32,000 nucleotides of DNA. Origin: Candidatus Baldrarchaeum yapensis (GTDB lineage: Archaea > Asgardarchaeota > Baldrarchaeia > Baldrarchaeales > Baldrarchaeaceae). Where the stretch lies: positions 1 to 32,000 of the forward strand of contig JAEOSH010000008.1 of NCBI GenBank assembly GCA_016840465.1, in the 5' to 3' direction. Position numbers and translations under genes: made by a program. The notes below the pieces were generated by a model. The model saw only the letters and a list, made by a program, of their open reading frames with translations, was not told where the DNA came from and did no database searches. Shown one piece after another: positions 19,066-26,796 of this stretch. The stretch's first letter is position 1; each line of letters begins with the position of its first letter.

Positions 19066-19635
19066 TTACCCCCGATCGGAAAGTGCACGTGCGATGTTCC
19101 TTCTAAGCACATTGAAGCATTTCTCACAAAAATCTTCGCTCTTGGCATCCGTATCCCAGATGCTGTTACTAAACCTCATGATACAGACAGGATTGCTACA
19201 ATGATTTAAACCGAACGTGTGCCCTATTTCGTGGATTGCCTCCTTAATCGCCCGTTCCACTAAGAGGTTAAAGTTTGGAGGATCTCCATAAACCTCTGGG
19301 CGTAACATGAATAGAGATATTACGGCGCCTCGCCCCCAAATTCTCGCCTCTCCGAAAACGAAGTTCAGTCCCGGCGCATAAATATTAACATCGGTAATGG
19401 ATAGAACCCTTAAAGCTCCGGTCCTCCTAGCATGAAACTCCGCAATCTGAACGAAGTAAGACGCAAGGTACTGCCTTCTCAATGGTGAATATGCCTCCTT
19501 AGGAACATCATATGAGATCTCGCTCACATCGCATTTGAGACCGAACTTCTCACTTAACTTCCTGCTTATATGCCTCAGAATTTCGGGGTCTACTGAACCC
19601 ACCGGTAAGATGGTAATCACGGGTTTCACGTCCAT
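19066..19635 (-). CDS. amzA: Archaemetzincin (M54) zinc metalloprotease
   Basis: RRQYLA, NFVFGEA, GAVISLFMLRPE, HEIGHTFGLNHCSNPVCIMRFSNS and DAKSEDFCEKC. Confidence 0.93.
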   Translation of the reverse strand: MDVKPVITILPVGSVDPEILRHISRKLSEKFGLKCDVSEISYDVPKEAYSPLRRQYLASYFVQIAEFHARRTGALRVLSITDVNIYAPGLNFVFGEARIWGRGAVISLFMLRPEVYGDPPNFNLLVERAIKEAIHEIGHTFGLNHCSNPVCIMRFSNSIWDTDAKSEDFCEKCFNVLRRNIARALSDRG

Positions 19636-19636
19636 T

Positions 19637-21001
19637 TTACTCACCGATGATGTCCTTTAACGCGGTATCAACGGCCCTCGAGATACGCTCCTTAATAGCA
19701 CTTGCTGCGTTTTTCCTTATCTCACTCGCCAACTTCTCAAATACTCCCTCAAGATTCTTCGTGAGAACCTCCTCAAACCTCTTAATGATTTCTTCGGTCA
19801 TATTTATCAATAACCTGACTTCGGGATACATTTTCCTACCAATTCCGTACTTTATCTCGGATAACAGCCAAGATGGTATGTCCAAAATTGGCGATAAGGC
19901 GGTCCTCAGAAGTTCAGGCAACATTTTGGCTTTATCCCCGAGATTCTTGACCCTTTTCTCTAACTCCGATGTTATACTCTTAAGAGCGTCTTCCTCAGAC
20001 GTTGTAACTGTTATTGTCAGAGTACCGCTCATATGATACTTCATTTCGAAGGGATCCATGAATTCCATGCCCACCTTAATAGAGCGTCTTCCAGGAGGCA
20101 CGTTCTTCCCAGCAAACAACGTAAACTCTCTCGTTACCCGCTCCCCTGCACCGATATCGCCTATCAATATCTCGCTTCCTGGGCTCTTAACTTCAAATCC
20201 GTCTAATGACTCCAATCTCAAAATTACATTTGAAGCCTTTCCGCGACCGCTGTTAACGATATTCACCGAAATGTTAAACTCGGTACCTGGTACAACGCTC
20301 GACGGTCCATCCAAGCTCAAAGATAACTGTGGAATCGCTGTTCTGCCCTTTAGTCTCTCATTTAATAACTCGAAAGCCCTATCTATTGCGTTGCTCAGCT
20401 CTAATCCTCTGACCACTGACAAGAGAGGTTTGAGGTGAGCAGTTACCTCCATTTGAGCCTCTGTCAATGCGTTCAAATTTCCGGATTTAACGGCGGAAAT
20501 AACCTTATCTCCTATATTGAGTAACATACGAGCTTTCGCCCCTTCCTTTATCTGAGATTTTGCCCATTTTAAAATATCAGCAGCCTTAGAGTCCATATCA
20601 AGGGACGATAGTATTATCACCGCCACCAGTGAGAACGCTGCCGCCTTGTTGCTCTCTCCCCACGCCAAATAATCCTTTGCAACATTCGCTAGGAGATCTG
20701 AAACCCTGATCATCAGGCCCTTTGCCCTTCCCTCATCTCCAGCCGAAATATATGCAAAAGCGGCCTTACAAAAGTGCTCTGCTGCTGCTTTGTAGCTTTT
20801 TGCCCTTTCTGCAAGTTCTCCCGCCTTCTCAAAATTTTCTCCCGCCATTTTGAGAAGCCTTCTCGCTTCATCTTCTTTCCCTTCTCTTTTGGCCCTCTCT
20901 GCCTCTTCCAAGTATTTAGAGGCCGTAGCTTCGTAACCTCTCCTTTCAGCAAGGAGCCCTGTCTCTTTCAGTATCTTTCTTACGACATCCTCCGCTCCCA
21001 A
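19637..21001 (-). CDS. Hypothetical multidomain protein: SNAP/TPR-like helical N-terminus, Ig-like (CARDB/COG1361-like) middle, helical C-terminus
   Basis: AGENFEKAGELAERAKSYKAAAEHFCKAAFAYISAGD helical repeats and beta-rich GPSSVVPGTEFNISVNIVNSGRGKASNV...IGDIGAGERVTREFTL. No signal peptide. The likely start is TTG 21001. Confidence 0.7.
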   Translation of the reverse strand: MGAEDVVRKILKETGLLAERRGYEATASKYLEEAERAKREGKEDEARRLLKMAGENFEKAGELAERAKSYKAAAEHFCKAAFAYISAGDEGRAKGLMIRVSDLLANVAKDYLAWGESNKAAAFSLVAVIILSSLDMDSKAADILKWAKSQIKEGAKARMLLNIGDKVISAVKSGNLNALTEAQMEVTAHLKPLLSVVRGLELSNAIDRAFELLNERLKGRTAIPQLSLSLDGPSSVVPGTEFNISVNIVNSGRGKASNVILRLESLDGFEVKSPGSEILIGDIGAGERVTREFTLFAGKNVPPGRRSIKVGMEFMDPFEMKYHMSGTLTITVTTSEEDALKSITSELEKRVKNLGDKAKMLPELLRTALSPILDIPSWLLSEIKYGIGRKMYPEVRLLINMTEEIIKRFEEVLTKNLEGVFEKLASEIRKNAASAIKERISRAVDTALKDIIGE

Positions 21002-21171
21002 GTCACAACACCCGCAATCGTGCACCTAATTACTTATCATTTTAGGCGATATAAAATATGCGTGGATTTTATGGCTTGAAGATATTTCATATTTCGGGAA
21101 AGTACTAAACTATCCGGGGCATGAACCCGTTCGGTCACTAATGTATTCTGATTCTCGACCGTCCGCGAGCC

Positions 21172-21225
21172 AAAATGTTTCATAATTTAAAAATAATGTT
21201 TTCATCGAGATAAAATAATGTTACA
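21172..21225 (+). repeat. Phased AT-rich direct repeats (AAAATAATGTT twice plus a partial copy)
   Basis: AAAATAATGTT at 21190 and 21212; AATGTT cores at 21174, 21195 and 21217 (spacing 21 and 22 bp). Confidence 0.5.
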
Positions 21226-21821
21226 AGTAGAATGTCGCCTTTACCTCAGTGCAGATGATATTAAAGGGGTGATGAGATCGGGTCGTCATCGTTCATCTGG
21301 CGCGAATACGGACATGTCCATTGAGAATACTGTTGATTCCGCGGATAACTGGCAATGATGTGTCAAAATGATCAAAAAGCACATCAAAAAGGCGACATCC
21401 TCGGAAGACCATCAGTGAACGAATATTAAAAATGAAGAAACATATCAACTCGATGTCCTGGTTGCACAAACGAATGCGTCTCATTCGTAAGACCGGAGTA
21501 ATAATCGGGGCATCATCAGCATATGTAGATAAAATACCGGGTGATCCTATTATCAAGACATGATTTCGGGGGAATTTATTTCTTATAAAATGATATACCG
21601 CGGATTTCTACATCATGTGAGTTATGTACCTCGATCCATATTTCGAGTTATCATCGCGGTCGATACCGTTTACGCCTCGAGATCAATATTATCCATAGTA
21701 AATGGCCGAAGATTCTCCGAGTATTCTAAAAGAGAAGACCATATCTACCGTAATATACGGAAAGCTTTAAATTTCTTACCAGTACATCTCAGCATTCAGG
21801 TATTAGGTGAGATGACCCCAA

Positions 21822-23198
21822 ATGAACACCAAATCAGTGATACAGGGTTACGGAAAGGAATTGAAAAGAGGAACCGGAAGGTTAGCTAGGAGTCTCACGT
21901 TTGGAGAAGCGGTATCTATAGGAATAGGTGCCATGATAGGAGGTGGAATTTTCGCAGTTATAGGAATCATTGTTGGAATCGCTGGGATTTTCGCTCCTGT
22001 GAGCCTAATTCTATGTACATTGATAGCTCTATTTACCGGATACAGTTATGCATACTTATCGCGTAAATATCCGCTTTGTGGAGCAAGTTATACGTATGTG
22101 AAGGAAATCTTTGGTGAACTTGCGGGAGGACTGACTGGTTGGATTTCATGGTTTGCGTGCGTATCTGCATGCGCAATGTACGCCGTGGCATTCGGATACT
22201 ACATGTCCTACTTTGTCCGAGTGCCGTGGGAGATATGGGGCGCACTTCTGATAATCCTCCTAGTAATAGTAAACATTCTGGGAGCTAAGGCCATGGGAAG
22301 ATTCGAAAGCATTTTGGTGGCATTAAAGGTCGGAATTTTATTGCTCTTCATCGGAGCAGGTATCTTACTTGCGTGGGGGAGGGTAAAAGAGGCATTTGCC
22401 GGATTGTCGGTTAAAGGGATCATGAGTTCCACCACGCCGATACTCATAGCTGCATCAATCATATTCATCGCCTACGAGGGGTTCGAGGCCATAGCCACAA
22501 GTTCTGAGGAGGTAAAGGATCCAAATGTCGTGTCCAAGGCAATATTTACGAGTATAATAGTTGTAGCATCGATATATTTGCTCGTAACTATAATAAGTAT
22601 AGGAGTTTCTGGCATAGGAAAATTCTCTGAAAGTAATGCTCCTCTCGCGTTTGCTGCGCGAAACTTCTTAGGGAACATCGGCGAAGTGCTTTTGTGGTTA
22701 GGAGGGATCTTTGCGACATCGAGCGCATATAATGCATGCCTCTACAGCGGCTCTCGCATCCTATATGCAATGGCACGTGATGGCCTCGCACCATCCACGT
22801 TTGCATCTGTAAATGAGAGAACAAATGTGCCCTATATGTCAATACTTGTCACAGCACTTCTCTCAGGGATAGTTTTCGTGGCAGTCGGAGCATTGGCGAG
22901 CACTTCCTTACTTGCAAGTCTGCTGTTCATGTTCCTGTTCTTAATAGTCAACATTTCAGCGACAAAGTCATGTATACAGAGCAGAAATGGTAAAGGAAAA
23001 ATAATGACGGGAACTGCGGCAGTATTCATAGCGTTCCTCTTCGCGATAGTATTCCTTCAGCAGACTATTTCAAACATAGCACTGGGGATGACCGCGGCAG
23101 TGCTATTGTTATCAGCACTGCTATCGTACAAATTCTCGGCGAAACTCATAAATGATGCGGAAATTCCGATCAAAATAGGAGAAGAAATATATAAATAG
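21822..23198 (+). CDS. APC-family amino acid permease
   Basis: IGIGAMIGGGIF, GASYTYVKEIFG, FIAYEGFEAIATSSEEVKDP and SGSRILYAMARDGLAP...VNERTNVPY; about 12 TM segments. Confidence 0.92.
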   Translation: MNTKSVIQGYGKELKRGTGRLARSLTFGEAVSIGIGAMIGGGIFAVIGIIVGIAGIFAPVSLILCTLIALFTGYSYAYLSRKYPLCGASYTYVKEIFGELAGGLTGWISWFACVSACAMYAVAFGYYMSYFVRVPWEIWGALLIILLVIVNILGAKAMGRFESILVALKVGILLLFIGAGILLAWGRVKEAFAGLSVKGIMSSTTPILIAASIIFIAYEGFEAIATSSEEVKDPNVVSKAIFTSIIVVASIYLLVTIISIGVSGIGKFSESNAPLAFAARNFLGNIGEVLLWLGGIFATSSAYNACLYSGSRILYAMARDGLAPSTFASVNERTNVPYMSILVTALLSGIVFVAVGALASTSLLASLLFMFLFLIVNISATKSCIQSRNGKGKIMTGTAAVFIAFLFAIVFLQQTISNIALGMTAAVLLLSALLSYKFSAKLINDAEIPIKIGEEIYK

Positions 23199-23204
23199 GC
23201 AAAA

Positions 23205-24263
23205 TTATAGCTTCCTTCTAACAACAAAATCTGCAAGTTTTATGAAAAATTCTAAATACCTGCTGTCAAATTCCTCTTTTCTCGATATAAGTTCTCTCTT
23301 TCCCCTCTCCTTAAGATCATTGGCAAGTTTTAAAGCGCTATCGAGAGCACCGCAGCTTTTGAAAATCCTTCTGACTTCCTCGATATCTTCAGGGGATGCA
23401 TTCTCGTTCCCGAGAACGCTCATAAGCACTCTTCTCTCGTCATCATCGATGAGTTCTAGGGCCTTTACCACGAGGATCGTCATTTTTCCCTCCTTAATGT
23501 CGCTATCGGAGGGCTTTCCAGTTTCCTCTTCTTTGCCAAACGTTCCTAAAACGTCATCCCATATCTGAAATGCTTGCCCGACAGAAATAGCATACTTGCT
23601 TAATGCCTCAAGTCTCTGGTCGTTGCAACCTGCAAGCACACCACCCATGATTAAAGACTTCTCAAAAAGTGCAGCAGTCTTCAACTCTATCATTTTCAGG
23701 TATTCGTCGAGAGTGGCGCGTTTGCGCATAGCTAGATAGGTCTCAAAAACGACGCCATTAAGCACATCCTCATATGCGCGCTGGTAAAGCATTACTGCCT
23801 TAACGGTTCTCTCTGGTGAAAATCCGGCCGAAAGAATAGCGTCTAGGCCCAAATTCCACGTGGCGTCCCCACCCAGTATCCCTATCGAGAGACCAAAGTG
23901 CTCAGCGTCGGGAACATGTCGGTACTGATTATAGTACTTAATGTGAAACGTGGGAGCACCTCTTCTGATAACGTCTCTATCAATGATGTCATCATGAATT
24001 AGTGTGGAGTTATGCAGGAGTTCCACGCTTATTGCTGCGCGATAAATTTTTTCCTCACTTCCTCCGAGCGCCTTATATGCCATAACCATACTAAGAGGGC
24101 GAAGCCTCTTTCCTCCTCTCAATACGAATTCTTTGATGTTTTCATAAAACTCTCTGTTAAAACCCGAGATGCTCGCAAGAATTCTTTCTTTTTCCTCGAA
24201 GAATCTGTTTATTTCTCTATTTATCAGCTCTATCTCTCCTTTATACTCCTCGAGAAAGACCAT
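23205..24263 (-). CDS. All-trans polyprenyl diphosphate synthase (IdsA/GGPP synthase family)
   Basis: RGGKRLRP, first Asp-rich motif LIHDDIIDRDVIRRG, KTAALF, second motif FQIWDDVLG and GKPSDSDIKEGKMT. GAGGTGA RBS precedes ATG 24263. Confidence 0.93.
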   Translation of the reverse strand: MVFLEEYKGEIELINREINRFFEEKERILASISGFNREFYENIKEFVLRGGKRLRPLSMVMAYKALGGSEEKIYRAAISVELLHNSTLIHDDIIDRDVIRRGAPTFHIKYYNQYRHVPDAEHFGLSIGILGGDATWNLGLDAILSAGFSPERTVKAVMLYQRAYEDVLNGVVFETYLAMRKRATLDEYLKMIELKTAALFEKSLIMGGVLAGCNDQRLEALSKYAISVGQAFQIWDDVLGTFGKEEETGKPSDSDIKEGKMTILVVKALELIDDDERRVLMSVLGNENASPEDIEEVRRIFKSCGALDSALKLANDLKERGKRELISRKEEFDSRYLEFFIKLADFVVRRKL

Positions 24264-24369
24264 ACATTCACCTCTAATATTTAAAGTGGGAGTTTGACCA
24301 ATTATTGAGAAACCCCGCCGTGAAAAATTTTTCCTCGACACTCAGTGAACCCATAGCGGATGGTGTGCA

Positions 24370-25038
24370 ATGATGCTAGCGCAAGCAAAGAAATACAGAG
24401 CTATTGTTTTCGACCTCGATGGCACATTGGTCAAAGAAGAATCATCTTGGGCCACGGTTCATAGGTATTTCGGGGTGGATCCGAGGAAGATACGCAAAAA
24501 TATGGAGGCGTATCTGTCCGGGAGGATAGATTACTGCGAGTGGATGCGAAGGGACATATCTCTATGGCTGGAGACAAAACACCCGATTCACTTAAGTGAG
24601 ATAGAGAAATGCCTCAGTAAATACACTTTGGTGAGGGGAGCCAAAGAGGTCTCAAGGGAGTTAAAAAAGCGAGGATACGTACTAGCGATTGTGACTTCCG
24701 GTCTCGACATTTTAGCACATAGGGTTGCAAGAGATCTGGGGATCGATTATGTCTTTGCAAACGGATTGGCGGTGGACGAAAAAGGCTTTTTGACAGGAGA
24801 ACCAATATGCAAGGTTCCGCTACTGAACAAGAATGTAGCGATAAAGGATCTGTGCGGGATCCTTAATGCAAAATTTGAGGAGATAATCGCCGTTGGGGAC
24901 ACAAAGTTTGACATATCTATGTTTAAATGCGCAGGCCTGAGTATTGCTCTTAACCCAAAGGACGAGGAGGTTGTCCAATTCGCCGACATTGTAATAAGGT
25001 GTGAAGACATGAGAAGCCTATTGAATTACATCTCCTAG
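24370..25038 (+). CDS. HAD-superfamily IB phosphatase (phosphoserine phosphatase-like)
   Basis: VFDLDGTL (motif I), IVTSG (II), NK (III) and VGDTKFD (IV). Confidence 0.88.
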   Translation: MMLAQAKKYRAIVFDLDGTLVKEESSWATVHRYFGVDPRKIRKNMEAYLSGRIDYCEWMRRDISLWLETKHPIHLSEIEKCLSKYTLVRGAKEVSRELKKRGYVLAIVTSGLDILAHRVARDLGIDYVFANGLAVDEKGFLTGEPICKVPLLNKNVAIKDLCGILNAKFEEIIAVGDTKFDISMFKCAGLSIALNPKDEEVVQFADIVIRCEDMRSLLNYIS

Positions 25039-25896
25039 GTGATGCTGGTGTCAGACAGCAACATAAGAAGGAGACAAGGGATTTTTGCACTAATTTCTGG
25101 AGTACTTATGATAGCCGTTGGAATAAGAGGGAGCGCGGCTGGATACGTTTCAACAATACTAAAAATTTCAAGCATACTTGTAATTCCATTCTGGGCAATA
25201 AGGCCCATGTTAATGATGTTTTCTTTGCTTGCAATGCTCGGAGGGGTCTCTGTGATCATAGGCGGGCTGATACATCTTGAGAAGGGGTCATCTGTGCTTG
25301 CTAATATTTTCATTGGCTGTGGAAGCGGAATTGGGGTATTTAATGTTGTCACATTCACGTTAGGTGCGACTCCCGCAATTAAGGTGTATTTAGCAAAGAA
25401 GGTAATCACAGGTATCGTGATTTTTGGTATCGACTATGCATTAGCAATTCTAGCAATGATATTTGCACTATTTGCGATGATAAAGGACATTCTGGGATTC
25501 CTACTGGGGGCTCTCTCCGGAATCTTGGTATCGCTCTCCGCCTCGTTGACAGAACTCCTAATGGTACTTACATTTCTCGTGAAAATAGGTATCGCGAAAC
25601 CATCGTCTCTTGTAATACAGATGATAAACGTACTCTTCCTATCAGGGGTACTGTTTGTATTGGGAGGCATACTTTACGGTTTTATGCATTATAAGTTGGG
25701 TGCAGGCGTCATTTTATTCGGATTAATATTTTTCTCCTTACCTATTGCTGTACTCATAACGTCCGTAGCCTTAGATGTCGTAAGTATCATGAGAATAGTG
25801 TTTGGTCTTCTTGGCTTTATGATGGCTCTACTATCTCTCGTCTACGGCTTACAGAAGTCCCGTCCGACTCCGAAAAAACTTAATCTTACCCCTTAA
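25039..25896 (+). CDS. Hypothetical polytopic membrane protein (about 8 TM)
   Basis: Almost entirely hydrophobic, Gly-rich helices. Confidence 0.75.
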   Translation: MMLVSDSNIRRRQGIFALISGVLMIAVGIRGSAAGYVSTILKISSILVIPFWAIRPMLMMFSLLAMLGGVSVIIGGLIHLEKGSSVLANIFIGCGSGIGVFNVVTFTLGATPAIKVYLAKKVITGIVIFGIDYALAILAMIFALFAMIKDILGFLLGALSGILVSLSASLTELLMVLTFLVKIGIAKPSSLVIQMINVLFLSGVLFVLGGILYGFMHYKLGAGVILFGLIFFSLPIAVLITSVALDVVSIMRIVFGLLGFMMALLSLVYGLQKSRPTPKKLNLTP

Positions 25897-25980
25897 TTTT
25901 CGGTATCATAACACTTGTAAGTCACCAATTCTAAAACTCGTAGAGTATCATTGCAAGAATACTCCTAAGGGGGTTGTGTT

Positions 25981-26796
25981 TTGAGCAGAAAAATCCCAAC
26001 ACCGGAGGAAGTTGCTAGGATAATCGACCACACGATTTTAAAGCCTTATGCGACTGCGAGAGACATAGATAGATACTGTGAGGAGGCAATAAAGTACGGA
26101 TTTAACGCGGTTTTTGTTCATCCATGCTGGGTTAAATATTGTGTTGAGAGACTTAAGGGGACTGAAGTGAAGGTCGGGTCAGTAGTTGGCTTCCCACAGG
26201 GCGCAGAACTCCCCGAAGTTAAGGCATACTCTGCCGAGAAACTCGTATCGTTGGGAGTCCAAGAAATAGACATGGTCATGAACATAAGTGCGTTCAGAAA
26301 TGGAGACTATGACCTGGTCAAAAAGGACATCGAGGGAGTGGTACGTGCAGCAGGAGACGTTCCCGTCAAAGTGATAATCGAGGTGGGATATCTTACCGAT
26401 GAGGACATCATATATGCGTGCAAAATTGCCATGGAGGCTGGTGCGAGTTTTGTCAAGACAGCAACAGGGCTAGGACCTCTGGGAGCCTTTCCTCATCATG
26501 TGAGGATAATGAGGGAGACGGTCGGCAACAAGATGGGTGTAAAGGCGGCGGGTGGAATAAGGGACTTCAAAACTGCGGTAAGACTAATAATGGCCGGGGC
26601 GGATAGAATCGGCACAAGCACTGGTGTAGCAGTAATAGAAACAGCAAAGGACGCGAAATTCGATGAAGAAGAAGATCCATGTTTGACATGCCCAAGTTAC
26701 TATGCATCTAAAGACAAGATGCCGGAAGACGTCTATGAATATTACAAGTCGAAGTGCCTGAAATGCCCGCACGCTAAATATGGAGGCAAGCACTAA
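25981..26796 (+). CDS. deoC: Deoxyribose-phosphate aldolase with a Cys-rich C-terminal extension
   Basis: IIDHTILKP, VGSVVGFPQG, EIDMVMNI, VKVIIE, FVKTATG (Schiff-base Lys), VKAAGGIR and RIGTS, followed by a CLTC...CLKC tail. Confidence 0.93.
   Translation: MSRKIPTPEEVARIIDHTILKPYATARDIDRYCEEAIKYGFNAVFVHPCWVKYCVERLKGTEVKVGSVVGFPQGAELPEVKAYSAEKLVSLGVQEIDMVMNISAFRNGDYDLVKKDIEGVVRAAGDVPVKVIIEVGYLTDEDIIYACKIAMEAGASFVKTATGLGPLGAFPHHVRIMRETVGNKMGVKAAGGIRDFKTAVRLIMAGADRIGTSTGVAVIETAKDAKFDEEEDPCLTCPSYYASKDKMPEDVYEYYKSKCLKCPHAKYGGKH

Noticed and set aside
21269-21325. Possible C/D box sRNA (GTGATGA at 21269)
   Set aside because: No canonical CTGA D or D' boxes at the expected spacing.
21560-21889. 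109-aa ORF upstream of the second APC permease
   Set aside because: No motif, atypical composition, and it overlaps the permease start.
14566-26796. DeoC-derived acetaldehyde feeding AOR as a linked pathway
   Set aside because: Biochemically plausible, but the genes are about 10 kb apart with no operon link.
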